Position numbers and translations under genes: made by a program
The notes under the pieces: generated by a model
What the model saw: the letters and a program-made list of their open reading frames with translations, nothing else
What the model was told of the DNA's origin: nothing
Databases searched by the model: none
In this document: positions 47,694-58,973 of the stretch, piece after piece
How the letters are laid out: each line of letters starts with the position of its first letter
Position numbering within the stretch: the stretch's first letter is position 1
Assembly (NCBI GenBank): GCA_043819555.1
Contig: JBDREQ010000009.1
Location: forward strand, 32,001 to 96,000
Source: Candidatus Zixiibacteriota bacterium
GTDB lineage: Bacteria > Zixibacteria > MSB-5A5 > GN15 > JAAZOE01
Direction of reading: 5' to 3'
DNA length: 64,000 nt

Positions 47694-49622
47694 TTACTCC
47701 TCGTCAATAAAGCGGATATGACCTAGGGCATAACAATTATCGCCTTTTACTGGGAAAATATGCAACTCATCAAATCCTCGTTGTCTGGCCTTTAGGGGAA
47801 CTTCAAGTATCGATATAGATAATCCCCCATGAGGAATAATTTTGGCTGGAAGATATAGAGAATCTACGGCAGAAGTATCCATTGCGAAAATTATATTTAG
47901 GTCATCATTATGATCGCGGCTAATTTCTAGTTTTTTGGAATAATATATTTCGCCAAGAATAACTCTGACCCCCAAGTCATTAAAAATTATATTCCTGGAA
48001 TCGAGCCAATTCGTACCCTCATCCCTGGGAGTTGCTATATCTGAAAAAAAAGCTTGCTTCATATGCGGGAGTTCATAAGCTTCTATCAATTCATCATATT
48101 CCCCCAGATTGAAATTTATAATTTCCTTTAACCGTTCAAAATCAAAAATATCACCTGATACTATTAGTTGAAGCTTGTCATAATATTTCGCAAGGTTGCT
48201 GTCCGCGATTACATTTTTACCGGTTTCCAGGGTTGTTAAATATCCGGGAGGCATTGCCCTTCGAAAATGTCCCATTTTATAACGTACGTCTTTTTTTACG
48301 GGCAGGCGCGCTAAAAAGGGTTCTGATAGAGCATGAACATCCACTACATATAATTCCGGGCCGCCCCAAAAACCATACATACCAATTGCTCCATGGACTT
48401 TAAATTTCAAACCTGAATTTCTGGCCGCTTCTCCTTCATAAGCCCATCCATGAGATGGCCAAAGGCGCGCAAATTCATCATAACACAACAATCCACTGCT
48501 TGGATTATAATAGCACCGCTCGTCGTTTATAGTGTTTCTTAATTCAAAATTTGTGGTGTTGTCATTCCCGCTCGCATAAAGAGGCGATCGAGGGACCGAC
48601 AACCCCGCAACTAAAATTAATCCGGTAATCAACGTCAGGGTTTTTTCCTGATTTTTTAATTTATACCTCGATAAAATGCTTATCGAACATAAAAAAGGAA
48701 CAGCCAGATGCCGTCCACTCATAAAACAACCACCGATTTTCACAACATATATCAGATATATAACAACACCAAGACTGATTGGAATAAATCTAACCTCCTT
48801 GAAAAACAAAGGTATACAAACCCCACAGATTATTATAAAAAACGTAATGGGATCAAATTCGATGGTGCTCAGGATATAGCAAAAACCTTGCTTCCACAAA
48901 ATTGTGCTGTCCAAGCCGGTACACAATTTGGCGTAAGCTGTATTTGGAAAGGGAAAGCCGTAATACAGAAGTGAGAATAATTCCCACGTGATCAATGGCA
49001 ACATACCCATAATGAGAATTTTTAACGCAGTTACCCCACGAACTTTCCAAAAAGCATAACCAAGTATCGGTGCATAGATCAGGGCAGCATCCATCCGATT
49101 TATAATAGCAAGGCTTGCTATGACTGAAAGTGTCGCAAGCCATTTGTAATTATATTTGAATTGGAAATATATTAACAGAAAAATAATCATCAATAAATAG
49201 GCCAGTGGATTTTCAAGCCCCGAAGTGGAGAAATCTATAAATGCGCTAGATAGGGTCAGCGTCAAAATTGCAAGTAATGCAGAGAATAAAGAGCGGGCAA
49301 TTCTAAAGGCAAGTAATGCAACAGCTGAGAAAGAAATTAAAACTGACATACTGATCGCCGTAAAATACATGTTTTTCGTAATCATATATATTGGTGATAG
49401 AACAAAAACCCAGAGTGGATTGGTGAAGGCCTGTACCCGCTCAGCGACATTCCAGCGTAAGCCAAATCCATTTACGAAATTATCGATGACCCGGAATGAA
49501 ATGTAGGCATCATCACAAGTCCAGGCGTTACGCAATACAACGATTACGTAAAAAAGCAAAAATACGATTATCAGGAGAGTTTCCCCGCGTTTGTTTGATA
49601 AGTCCATTACCAGCCTCTGCAA
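47694..49622 (-). CDS. GT-C membrane glycosyltransferase, AftB-like
   Basis: DDAYISFR...NVAERVQAFTNPLW, TSGLENPL, YYGFPFPNTAYAK; many TMs; C-terminal soluble domain; start may be the ATG at 49607. Confidence 0.8.
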   Translation of the reverse strand: MQRLVMDLSNKRGETLLIIVFLLFYVIVVLRNAWTCDDAYISFRVIDNFVNGFGLRWNVAERVQAFTNPLWVFVLSPIYMITKNMYFTAISMSVLISFSAVALLAFRIARSLFSALLAILTLTLSSAFIDFSTSGLENPLAYLLMIIFLLIYFQFKYNYKWLATLSVIASLAIINRMDAALIYAPILGYAFWKVRGVTALKILIMGMLPLITWELFSLLYYGFPFPNTAYAKLCTGLDSTILWKQGFCYILSTIEFDPITFFIIICGVCIPLFFKEVRFIPISLGVVIYLIYVVKIGGCFMSGRHLAVPFLCSISILSRYKLKNQEKTLTLITGLILVAGLSVPRSPLYASGNDNTTNFELRNTINDERCYYNPSSGLLCYDEFARLWPSHGWAYEGEAARNSGLKFKVHGAIGMYGFWGGPELYVVDVHALSEPFLARLPVKKDVRYKMGHFRRAMPPGYLTTLETGKNVIADSNLAKYYDKLQLIVSGDIFDFERLKEIINFNLGEYDELIEAYELPHMKQAFFSDIATPRDEGTNWLDSRNIIFNDLGVRVILGEIYYSKKLEISRDHNDDLNIIFAMDTSAVDSLYLPAKIIPHGGLSISILEVPLKARQRGFDELHIFPVKGDNCYALGHIRFIDEE

Positions 49623-49776
49623 AAATTACTTATGACTATTTCTAAATCAATAGCTGTTTATTTAATAGACGCTCCTTCATGTTCTAATTTGTTCATCTGT
49701 GAGGCGATTAGGGATTGCTTCTTGTGTCTAAGATAATTAATGGTCTATAATTGTCAATCCCAATATTAATAAACCC

Positions 49777-52602
49777 TCATCCCCCAAATTCATTTTTTAA
49801 GAACTGGCCGGTGTAGGATTTTTTGACCTGAGCGACTTCTTCCGGCGTTCCCGATGCGACAACCATCCCGCCGTCATCGCCCCCTTCGGGACCGAGATCG
49901 ATTATATAATCGGCGGTTTTTATCACATCCAGATTGTGCTCGATGACCAGAACGGTATTGCCCCGGTCAACCAACTCCTGCAATACACCAAGGAGCATCC
50001 GAATATCCTCAAAATGCAAACCGGTGGTCGGTTCATCGAGAATATACATCGTCTTACCAGTGGCGATCTTGGAAAGCTCGGTCGATAGTTTGACGCGCTG
50101 GGCCTCGCCTCCAGATAATGTTGTCGCCTGCTGGCCAAGGCAAATATATCCCAGTCCAACGCTTTTGATGGTCTGCAGTTTGCGCCGGATGAGCGGAATA
50201 TTGGTGAAAAATTCCAGCCCTTCATCGACGGTCATAGCCAGAACATCGGAAATGTTCTTGCCTTTATAAGAAATCTCCAGAGTTTCTTTGTTGTATCGTT
50301 TTCCCTTGCATTCCTGGCACGGCACATACACGTCCGGTAGAAAATGCATCTCGATTTTGATAATACCATCGCCCTGGCATGATTCGCATCGCCCCCCTTT
50401 GACATTGAACGAAAACCGCCCCGGCATATATCCACGCACCTTTGATTCAGGCAGGTAGGCGAACAGATCCCGTATCGGCGTAAAGACTCCCGTATAGGTG
50501 GCCGGGTTGGAGCGCGGCGTACGACCGATAGGCGACTGGTCGATATCGATAACTTTATCGATATTTTGCAAACCTTGAATCGAACCGTATTCCAGAGGCG
50601 TTTGCCGGGAATGGTAAAACTGCCGCGCCATGATGCGATACAGCGTTTCATTTATCAGCGTCGATTTGCCCGAACCGGAAACGCCGGTCACGCAGATAAA
50701 AAGCCCGAGCGGAATATCAACCGAGATTTTTTTCAAATTATTTCCGGCCGCCTTAAATAGCTTGACCCGTTTGCCGTTGCCGATGCGCCGTTTATCGGGA
50801 ATGGGGATTGTTTTTTTACCGGACAGATATTGACCGGTCAGTGATTTTGCATTGCGTTTTATGGCTGTCGGTTTTCCCTCAGCAATCACATGCCCGCCCT
50901 GCTTGCCGGCCCCCGGCCCCAGATCAATGACATGGTCGGCCGACATGATCGTATCGCGATCATGCTCGACGACGAGAACGGTATTGCCCAGATCCCGCAG
51001 TTCATTGAGGGTAGTCAAAAGCCGATGATTGTCGCGCTGATGAAGCCCGATCGATGGTTCGTCGAGAATATATAAGACACCAACCAGACGGGAACCAATC
51101 TGAGTCGCCAGGCGGATACGCTGCGCTTCGCCACCCGATAATGTTGACGCCGCTCGAGATAAGGTCAGATAATCCAAGCCGACATTGACCAGAAATCCCA
51201 AACGTTCCCGCAGTTCTTTAAGCACTTGCTTTGCTATCATCTCCTGCGTCTTAGTCAGTTTCAATTTATCGAAAAAGACTTTGACGTCTTTGATGGACAT
51301 TCCGGTCAGGTCATGGATATTTGTTTTATTAATCAGAATTGATAATGCTTCCCGCCGCAGGCGGGTGCCATGACAAGAAGGACAATCGCTTTTCGACATG
51401 TAATTTTCAATCCAGACCCTGATGCCGTCCGATTCGGTTTGTTTATATCTCCGTTCCAGATGTCTGACGATACCCTCGAATTTCGATTCGTACATGCCCG
51501 AACCGCGCCCATTGGAATGTTCATACTGAAACTTGATTTTCTCACGGCCGGAACCATGCATCAATATATCCTGAATTTTTTTTGGCAATTTGTCATATGG
51601 CGTCGTCATTTTGAACTTATAATGTTCGGCCAATCCTTTGAGCATATAGCGGTACCAATTGGCCGAATCGGAAGCCCATGGCGAAATAGCTCCATCCAGA
51701 AGCGATTTATTGGGGTCGGGCACGATCATTTCCGGATCGACCTCCAATTTTGTTCCGAGACCTCCGCACGACGGACAGGCGCCGTAAGGCGAATTGAACG
51801 AAAACAATCTGGGAGCCGGTTCTTCGTAAGAAATATTGCAATTGAGGCAGGCATACTGTTCTGAAAACAGATATTCTTTATCATTAGCCTGAATAATAAC
51901 CGTTCCCTGAGCTACCTTCAGAGCTGTCTCCAATGAATCGGTTATCCTGCGAACCGATCGCGCATGAACCGCCAGCCGATCGACGACGGCTTCGACCGTG
52001 TGTTTCTTTTTCTTATCCAGTTCGATTTCGTCCTCGACTTCATAGATTTCACCATCCACACGCAAGCGGATAAATCCCTGACGGCGAGCTTCATCGATAA
52101 TCTCCCGATGCTCGCCTTTGCGGCCCCGCACAAGAGGGGCAAGAATTACAATCTTTGTCCCATCTTCAAACGACATAACCGAATCGACGATCTGGCTGGC
52201 CGACTGCTGGGTAATCGGTTTGCCGCAATTGAAACAATGGGGCGTCCCGACGCGGGCATACAAAAGACGGAGGTAATCATAAATTTCGGTGACAGTTCCC
52301 ACCGTTGAGCGGGGATTGCGAGCCGAGGTTCGCTGTTCGATTGAAATCGCCGGAGATAATCCTTCGATAAAATCGACATCCGGCTTTTCCATCAATCCCA
52401 GAAACTGGCGGGCGTAAGCCGATAACGATTCCACGTAACGCCTCTGTCCCTCGGCGTAAATGGTATCAAAAGCCAGCGATGATTTGCCCGACCCAGACAG
52501 GCCGGTAATGACGCATAATTTATCGCGCGGAATTTTTACCGAAATGTTTTTTAGATTATGTTCCCGCGCCCCTTTTACATACAAATATTGTGAATTGGCC
52601 AT
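49777..52602 (-). CDS. uvrA: Excinuclease ABC subunit A
   Basis: Two ABC modules ([26 protein letters not shown] twice) and Zn fingers. Confidence 0.99.
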   Translation of the reverse strand: MANSQYLYVKGAREHNLKNISVKIPRDKLCVITGLSGSGKSSLAFDTIYAEGQRRYVESLSAYARQFLGLMEKPDVDFIEGLSPAISIEQRTSARNPRSTVGTVTEIYDYLRLLYARVGTPHCFNCGKPITQQSASQIVDSVMSFEDGTKIVILAPLVRGRKGEHREIIDEARRQGFIRLRVDGEIYEVEDEIELDKKKKHTVEAVVDRLAVHARSVRRITDSLETALKVAQGTVIIQANDKEYLFSEQYACLNCNISYEEPAPRLFSFNSPYGACPSCGGLGTKLEVDPEMIVPDPNKSLLDGAISPWASDSANWYRYMLKGLAEHYKFKMTTPYDKLPKKIQDILMHGSGREKIKFQYEHSNGRGSGMYESKFEGIVRHLERRYKQTESDGIRVWIENYMSKSDCPSCHGTRLRREALSILINKTNIHDLTGMSIKDVKVFFDKLKLTKTQEMIAKQVLKELRERLGFLVNVGLDYLTLSRAASTLSGGEAQRIRLATQIGSRLVGVLYILDEPSIGLHQRDNHRLLTTLNELRDLGNTVLVVEHDRDTIMSADHVIDLGPGAGKQGGHVIAEGKPTAIKRNAKSLTGQYLSGKKTIPIPDKRRIGNGKRVKLFKAAGNNLKKISVDIPLGLFICVTGVSGSGKSTLINETLYRIMARQFYHSRQTPLEYGSIQGLQNIDKVIDIDQSPIGRTPRSNPATYTGVFTPIRDLFAYLPESKVRGYMPGRFSFNVKGGRCESCQGDGIIKIEMHFLPDVYVPCQECKGKRYNKETLEISYKGKNISDVLAMTVDEGLEFFTNIPLIRRKLQTIKSVGLGYICLGQQATTLSGGEAQRVKLSTELSKIATGKTMYILDEPTTGLHFEDIRMLLGVLQELVDRGNTVLVIEHNLDVIKTADYIIDLGPEGGDDGGMVVASGTPEEVAQVKKSYTGQFLKNEFGG

Positions 52603-52741
52603 TTTTCTCGAATTACCTGTCTGTTTTCAAATTTTTACGCAACCCGGAAATATAAGACAAAAACCCGTTCCGGGCAAAAGCTATTTGAAAATCATATAAG
52701 AAAAAGACAGGCAAATGAGAATCACATATTTGGGAAACGGT

Positions 52742-53260
52742 TCAGTATCGATTTCGTCTTCTGGAATCGCGGTTATTATCCCGTTTATCGGCCCCGGCAA
52801 AATCAATTCGTAGATTTCGACCTTCGAACTCCTGCCCGTTCAATTCATCCATAGCCTCAATTGCCCCATCGGTTGTTTCGAATTCGATAAAGGCGATACC
52901 ACGGTCGCCAACGAGACTAATTGAAATGATTTCACCAAATTGCCCAAACAGTTCGCGAAGCCGATCTTCGGTTATTGAATAATTCAAATTTCCAACATAT
53001 ATCTTGCTTATTGGCTGCCCCGGTTTAAGAGGCGGCTGAGCCTCGGCAATGCGCAGATTGCGCCCCATAAACTCCGAACCGTCAAGCTCCTCTAACGCCT
53101 TGGCGGCGGCGGCTTTGTGTTTGAATTCAACAAACCCAAAACCGCGCCCCTCGACAATATTTATGTTTTCAATCTGACCAAACGGGCCGAACAACTCGGA
53201 CAATTGACGCCGATCGACCAGATAATTCAGATTCCCCACGTAAAGTTTGCTGTTTGGCAT
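52742..53260 (-). CDS. RNA-binding protein with two RRM domains
   Basis: RNP2 LYVGNL / IYVGNL; RNP1 RGFGFVEF / RGIAFIEF; Arg-rich tail. Confidence 0.93.
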   Translation of the reverse strand: MPNSKLYVGNLNYLVDRRQLSELFGPFGQIENINIVEGRGFGFVEFKHKAAAAKALEELDGSEFMGRNLRIAEAQPPLKPGQPISKIYVGNLNYSITEDRLRELFGQFGEIISISLVGDRGIAFIEFETTDGAIEAMDELNGQEFEGRNLRIDFAGADKRDNNRDSRRRNRY

Positions 53261-53472
53261 ACAAAACCCGGTTCTGTCGTCATCTGCATAAATATATTGT
53301 TGAGTGATGAGAGACGGCCGCCAAATGGGTTCCCACGGCCGGTATTACATTATGCAATAACGTGCTCTTGTTAATATTGAAGATAAACTAATCCAATATT
53401 GATTTTTCGTCAAGGGGTTTTTTGAAAAGAAATTTGGGGAATGAATTGATTATATAGTTCGGATGTCGGGTG

Positions 53473-54855
53473 CTACTGAATACTATTCAGTCCGTTCAGG
53501 GCGGCGACTTTGTAGGCTTCCGACATAGTTGGGAAATTGAAAACGGTATCGATGAAATAGTCAATCGTCCCTCCGAATGTCATCACCGCCTGGCCGACAT
53601 GAATCAAATCGGCGGCGCCTTCGCCGATAATATGCACCCCGTATATTTTTTTGGAATCCGGACAAAATATCAGTTTGAGAATACCATCATGGTCGCCTGA
53701 AATCTGGCCCCGCGCCAGTTCATAAAATCGGGCTGTGCCCGTTTCATACGGAATGCCTTTTGCGCTCAGGCTTTCCTCGGTCTCGCCGACAGTCGATATT
53801 TCGGGAATGGTGTAGATGCCATAAGGCAACAACGTATTGAGGTGGGATTCTGATTTTCCGAAGGTATGGCGCGCGGCCAATCGTCCCTGATCCATCGACA
53901 CTGAGGCCAGCGAGGGAAAACCGATAACATCGCCGACGGCGTAAATTTTGCCAACCCCGGTATGAAAATTCTCATCGACATCTATCATGCGCCTCTTATC
54001 GAGTTTTATCCCCAGCTCTTCCAGTCCAATACCGGCAGTATTGCCCGTTCTTCCGGTAGTTAAAAGTATTTTATCGGCGACAATTTTCCGCCCCATTTTG
54101 GTAGATATATTTACCTGGCTGTCGCTGATTGTGATTTTATTGAGTTTGTCTCCGAGGATGACCTTGGTCCGATGCGTACGCATCAGGTAGGTCAGCGTAT
54201 CCGAGATTTCATGATCCAGATGCGACATCAGCCGATCTTTGCTGTCAACCATCGTTACCTTAACGCCGAGGTGGCCGAAGATGCAGGCGTATTCGCAGCC
54301 GATAACGCCGCCTCCGACGACAATCATCGATTTGGGAATGCGATCCAGATTCAAAATCGTCTCGCCGTCGAAAACATAAGTATCGTCAAAATGAATATTG
54401 GGATCCCGGCGCGGCCGCGATCCGGTCGCGATGACAATCACCGAGGCATTCAAAATCCGTCCCTGGCCATTTTCATCCTCAACCTTCACTTCGGTTGGCG
54501 AAACTACTTTGCCCCGGCCCGGGATCACGGTGATGCCATTGCGTGATAATTTATCCTGAATAACTTCAAGTTCTTTTTGAATTACCTGCTCGGTCCGGTA
54601 CATCAATTCGGCAATAGTCACGTTCGATTTGAGCGAACAAACCACGCCGTATACCGAACGTTGCCGGATACCGGCAAGATATAAGACTGTTTCCCTGAGA
54701 GTTTTTGACGGCAGGGTTCCAGTATGAACACAGACTCCCCCGACGACTCCACGCGATTCGATGATGGCGACTTTTTTTCGGAGTTTCGATGCCTGAATCG
54801 CGGCTTTTTCACCGGCCGGCCCTGATCCGATAACAATCATATCATATGATTCCAT
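53473..54855 (-). CDS. sthA: Soluble pyridine nucleotide transhydrogenase
   Basis: GSGPAG; GGVCVHTGTLPSKTLRE (single Cys); GIYTIPEIS; FNFPTMSEAYKVAALNG; RBS AGGGG. Confidence 0.93.
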   Translation of the reverse strand: MESYDMIVIGSGPAGEKAAIQASKLRKKVAIIESRGVVGGVCVHTGTLPSKTLRETVLYLAGIRQRSVYGVVCSLKSNVTIAELMYRTEQVIQKELEVIQDKLSRNGITVIPGRGKVVSPTEVKVEDENGQGRILNASVIVIATGSRPRRDPNIHFDDTYVFDGETILNLDRIPKSMIVVGGGVIGCEYACIFGHLGVKVTMVDSKDRLMSHLDHEISDTLTYLMRTHRTKVILGDKLNKITISDSQVNISTKMGRKIVADKILLTTGRTGNTAGIGLEELGIKLDKRRMIDVDENFHTGVGKIYAVGDVIGFPSLASVSMDQGRLAARHTFGKSESHLNTLLPYGIYTIPEISTVGETEESLSAKGIPYETGTARFYELARGQISGDHDGILKLIFCPDSKKIYGVHIIGEGAADLIHVGQAVMTFGGTIDYFIDTVFNFPTMSEAYKVAALNGLNSIQ

Positions 54856-55220
54856 GAATCGTCCCCTGGTATAAATCCCCAATTATATTCCGGGCAGATG
54901 TGGACATCTGTCGCGTATATTAGTAAAGACTATTTGAATAGGAAAAAATAGCCCTTTTAGTAGCTACTGTCAATTAACAATACGCCGGAAGATGATTATG
55001 TTCCCCAAACTTCTCAATAATATTCCCATTTAAAGAAACAGAATACTGATTTTTATTTCTTCCCGAATCTTTGAATATCTCCTTTCCAAATGAGTATATC
55101 TTCTGGCACAATGAAGGCTTGAATTATATGGTTTTTTTGTGCTATATTGTCAGACTCAGCGGGGCTTGCGCGTTTATAATTTTTATTGACAGAAAAACTT
55201 TTAACAGGTAGTTACACATT

Positions 55221-56213
55221 ATGGATTACGGCAAAATAATAGCGACCGGATTTAAACAGGCCTGGAAATACAAATCCCTCTGGATTTTTGGATTTTTTGT
55301 TTCCGGCGGCGGCAGTGGATATTTCAATCTGACCGACAAATTCCGACGCGGCGATACCGGCGATTGGGGCCGCTGGGGTCGTTTTGGCCATTACGATTTA
55401 AGGCATTTTGATTTTGGCAATCCCCTGTTCATTCTGGCGTTAATTGGCATTATCCTTCTTATCATACTCTTCTTCTGGATATTAGGCACGATATCTATCG
55501 GAGGCTTAATCGGGGCGGCGCGGGATATCAAAAATAAGATGGAATATCGTTTTTCAAATGCTCTCTCGACCGGATTCAGAAAATTCTTCCCCATCTTTGG
55601 TTTATCGCTTCTGGCCCTGATAATCGGAGGCGCTTCTGTATTTATTTTGATAATGATCGGGGTCGGCGCATTTATGATGCACGTTGGATTCGGATTTTTA
55701 TCTCTCGCAGCTTTAATCCCGCTGCTTATAGCTGTCATTTTTGTAATCGGTGTCACCACGGCTCTCACTGAACGAATGATTGTTATCGAAGACAAACCGG
55801 TTTTCGATTCAATCGGCGACAGCTTCGCTCTCTGGAAATCTCATTTGGGACCATCAATTCTTTATGCTCTCATTTATATGGGAATATCCATCGCCATCGG
55901 CATGACAGCTTTCGTTATTGTAATTTTTATGGTACTTCCTTTTATAGCGGTCGGATTTGTCAACTGGCTTTTGGCAATTCTGATTGGCCTCCCGGCGGTG
56001 CTACTGATAATGCTTGTAATAACCGGTTTTACCGGATCGGCGACGCACCTAATGACTACCGAATGGTATTATCAGCTTAAAGAACTATCTGTGGCGCCGG
56101 CCTTAGCTGCTAGTGCGCCTGTTCCGCCCCAGGTATCATCGATTCCTCTTCCGGAAGATGACAATCCGCCTCCACCACCGCCGGAAACGACGCCACCACC
56201 TGAGAATGGATAG
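55221..56213 (+). CDS. Hypothetical integral membrane protein with a Pro-rich tail
   Basis: Multiple TM segments; C-terminal PPPPPPETTPPP. Confidence 0.85.
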   Translation: MDYGKIIATGFKQAWKYKSLWIFGFFVSGGGSGYFNLTDKFRRGDTGDWGRWGRFGHYDLRHFDFGNPLFILALIGIILLIILFFWILGTISIGGLIGAARDIKNKMEYRFSNALSTGFRKFFPIFGLSLLALIIGGASVFILIMIGVGAFMMHVGFGFLSLAALIPLLIAVIFVIGVTTALTERMIVIEDKPVFDSIGDSFALWKSHLGPSILYALIYMGISIAIGMTAFVIVIFMVLPFIAVGFVNWLLAILIGLPAVLLIMLVITGFTGSATHLMTTEWYYQLKELSVAPALAASAPVPPQVSSIPLPEDDNPPPPPPETTPPPENG

Positions 56214-56219
56214 CCAAAG

Positions 56220-57362
56220 ATGCGGGAAATTTCTTTTGTAAAGATTGCTCTATTCATTTTAGCCGTCTGTTTTATGCCGATGGCTTATCCGGTTTCGGCG
56301 CAGATAACTGATCTCCCTGATGTGAAAATGGTCATCGATAATTTTGATTACATGATTTCTCTTTTCCCCGATGATTATGACAGCCGCAGGCAGGCGGTTC
56401 AGGCTTGCTCGACGATAACTCCGGCGGCAGAGTCTTTAAAAGTGTTCTGGGAAGAACAGGGAGAAATCGTATTATATTATCTTTCTTATTATGCCGGAAT
56501 CAACTGGGTCGAACCGGAGTTCAAAATATATCTTGTTAAATATTATCCGGATTTCGCCAACCACAACCCGATGACAATACCTTTGGCCGGGAAGAAAGAT
56601 GGGGGGCGAATAATCGCTCTGCCTCAGGAATTATCTCATTATTTAACTTTATTCCAGCAACTGGCTAAAAGACTTTTGGACCAGGTTTCCCTGCCGGGCA
56701 GCAGTAATTATTATATTGCCGGACATCCGTTATTGCGAAAAACTTCCCGAAGATTTGATAATATGGCTAATCTGTTGGCCCTGAGAACCCTTTCCGATTT
56801 TACCAACGTCGATACGCTGCTGGCTATTTTCAAGTCAGCGCATTGGAAAGAACGAGAATCGGGACAAGGAGTATTGTTCGATTATTTCTGGGATAAATGG
56901 CATCTTTCGGAGGATTCGACTTTGGCCGATTATATTGCTAATGAACCTTACGGTTCCCGGCTCGTTGCCCTGACCCGCCCGCCGGTAACCCGTCCCCGTG
57001 AATCCAGCCGGGGTGATCATCAACTTCAGGCTCCCCCGGGCGGCCAACTGGGCCTTTCGGTCGTTCGGGACCGTTCCGGATTTTTCAAAGTTGTCGAAAT
57101 TGACAGCCTTAAGCTGGCGTTTGTCTCCGGTTTGAGAACCGATGATTTAATCAGGAATATAGATGGCACCGCTCCCCGCAATATCAAAGCATTATTCACC
57201 CTGATTCTTGACAAACTTCCCGTAGGGGCTCATGTCAATATCGTCAGAAATGATGAGCCGGAATCGGTTATTATTTATCCCTGGTCTGATTTGCCCGATG
57301 ATCCGGAATTATATTATGAACGGCAGCAGTCGGACATTTACGATTCAACCGATAATGAATAA
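56220..57362 (+). CDS. Secreted protein with C-terminal PDZ-like domain
   Basis: Signal peptide ending VSA; LGLSV...VVEIDSLKLAFVSGLRTDDLIRNIDG...IVRND. Confidence 0.75.
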   Translation: MREISFVKIALFILAVCFMPMAYPVSAQITDLPDVKMVIDNFDYMISLFPDDYDSRRQAVQACSTITPAAESLKVFWEEQGEIVLYYLSYYAGINWVEPEFKIYLVKYYPDFANHNPMTIPLAGKKDGGRIIALPQELSHYLTLFQQLAKRLLDQVSLPGSSNYYIAGHPLLRKTSRRFDNMANLLALRTLSDFTNVDTLLAIFKSAHWKERESGQGVLFDYFWDKWHLSEDSTLADYIANEPYGSRLVALTRPPVTRPRESSRGDHQLQAPPGGQLGLSVVRDRSGFFKVVEIDSLKLAFVSGLRTDDLIRNIDGTAPRNIKALFTLILDKLPVGAHVNIVRNDEPESVIIYPWSDLPDDPELYYERQQSDIYDSTDNE

Positions 57363-57512
57363 TCAATAATGTATAATTCTCAATGTCGATAAATCGCGCA
57401 TAAAATCCTTCCATTATACCCACTCCGCAATAAACTTGCTTTAACTCCTCCATGATTATTAAAAAACACCGGCTTTGTCCGATAACCTTAGTAGTTAATA
57501 GCAGGAGAGATA

Positions 57513-58268
57513 ATGAATCAGGAAAATGTATCATTTGCGTTAGTCGAGCGGAAAAAATTCGATGACGAAAAAGCCCATGCTGTCGCGCCTGATATTTGGT
57601 GGGTCGGCAATTTCGACAAAGCGGCCAACCGCTCATATAATCCATATTTATTAATAGACGGTAAGGAAGGGGTGCTAATTAATCCTGGATCGCGCGCGGA
57701 TAAAAGTCACGAGATAATCAAAAGGAAAGTCACTTCGGTGATAGATCCCCGGTTAATTCAGCATATTGTGCTGCTCCATAATGACGCGACCCGGTGCGCG
57801 GCGACGCCGCTTTTTGAAAGTATTACCGATGCCAATGTCCGAGTGTACGCGCCTTCCCAATCAATCGATTTAATTCGCCATTACGGATGCAAGCATCCCC
57901 TTATAGGCCTTGATGGCGGAGACAGCGTCATTTTGAAATCGGGAAGAAGCCTGACATACCATGAAACCCCAAACCTGGATTGCGCCGGTTCAGGCTTTTT
58001 GCATGACGCTCAAAGCGGTACAATATTTTCGGGCAATTTGTTTTCTATTCCTGGAAACGAATGGAATCTTTACGCCCAATCGGAAAGCTGGGAAGGAATA
58101 ACTCCGGCGCCCTCACAGGGCTTATGCTCCAAAAAGGCATTTCATAAGGCTCTTAATAAAATTGAAAGACTGTCCCCGGAACGCATCTGCCCTCATCAGG
58201 GACCAATCCTGGAAGAAAACATTGATAAATATATCGCCTTCGCCAGAGAGATTGAATTCAATAATTAA
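57513..58268 (+). CDS. MBL-fold, ODP/flavodiiron-like protein with degenerate metal ligands
   Basis: IWWVG, NPYLLIDG, LINPGS, IFSGNLF, ICPHQG; RBS AGGAG. Confidence 0.8.
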   Translation: MNQENVSFALVERKKFDDEKAHAVAPDIWWVGNFDKAANRSYNPYLLIDGKEGVLINPGSRADKSHEIIKRKVTSVIDPRLIQHIVLLHNDATRCAATPLFESITDANVRVYAPSQSIDLIRHYGCKHPLIGLDGGDSVILKSGRSLTYHETPNLDCAGSGFLHDAQSGTIFSGNLFSIPGNEWNLYAQSESWEGITPAPSQGLCSKKAFHKALNKIERLSPERICPHQGPILEENIDKYIAFAREIEFNN

Positions 58269-58284
58269 TATAAAACGATTTTAG

Positions 58285-58313
58285 AAAACCCCCGCGAAGC
58301 CGGGGGTTTTTTT
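58285..58313. terminator. Bidirectional intrinsic terminator
   Basis: AAAACCCCCG-CGAAGC-CGGGGGTTTTTTT between convergent genes. Confidence 0.85.
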
Positions 58314-58327
58314 GGCCTTCTTCCAAA

Positions 58328-58714
58328 TTAAGAACCGCTGAACAAAGACAGCCTGACCCCGAATTGATTGACCGGCGGTTCATAAAAAGTCCCGTATATT
58401 CGTTGATAATTCAATGATATTGATTTATAAACCGGCTTAACAATGGAAAGCTCGATGTAATAATCCTTGTCTTCATCTAAATCGAGATTCCAGTTAAAAT
58501 CACCGGTAAATTCAAAAATGAAATTCGTCCCGATATTAAATTCATTTATCGAAATAATCTGCAGTGTCGTACCACGATTTTTGCCGTCATCATCAAGGTT
58601 CTTGAAATATGATATTTCATTCGTGTAAGGTATTATATTTTCCGATACAGCCTGAGAAGATAACGCAAATGAGAACATAGCCGCCCCGATTAGAAAAAAC
58701 TTAAAATAACTCAT
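58328..58714 (-). CDS. Small secreted, probably beta-stranded protein
   Basis: RBS AAGGA before MSYFKFF; signal peptide ending SQA; alternating aromatic strands. Confidence 0.65.
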   Translation of the reverse strand: MSYFKFFLIGAAMFSFALSSQAVSENIIPYTNEISYFKNLDDDGKNRGTTLQIISINEFNIGTNFIFEFTGDFNWNLDLDEDKDYYIELSIVKPVYKSISLNYQRIYGTFYEPPVNQFGVRLSLFSGS

Positions 58715-58973
58715 ATCCTTATTCACCCTTTCCTTAAAAATGCCAAACATAGCAATGAATTGCGAAGATAGTCCATATTTTAGAAAAATCAAGCGCTCTC
58801 TCTCATGATTATTTTGGAAAATAATCCATGTACATCCGATGGACATCCAAATCAGAGAAAGCCCGATCAGAATTGGGGTTTTTTTTATTGTCATTTTTCT
58901 ATTAGACCCTTTTCTTAAAAATAATCAGACAATTTGACATTTGGCCGATAAAATAACAAATAGGGATGTTTGA

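Noticed and set aside
58715..58894. 60-aa N-terminal extension of the 58328 ORF
   Set aside because: The ATG at 58714 has an RBS and begins a signal peptide; the extension lies in the divergent intergenic region
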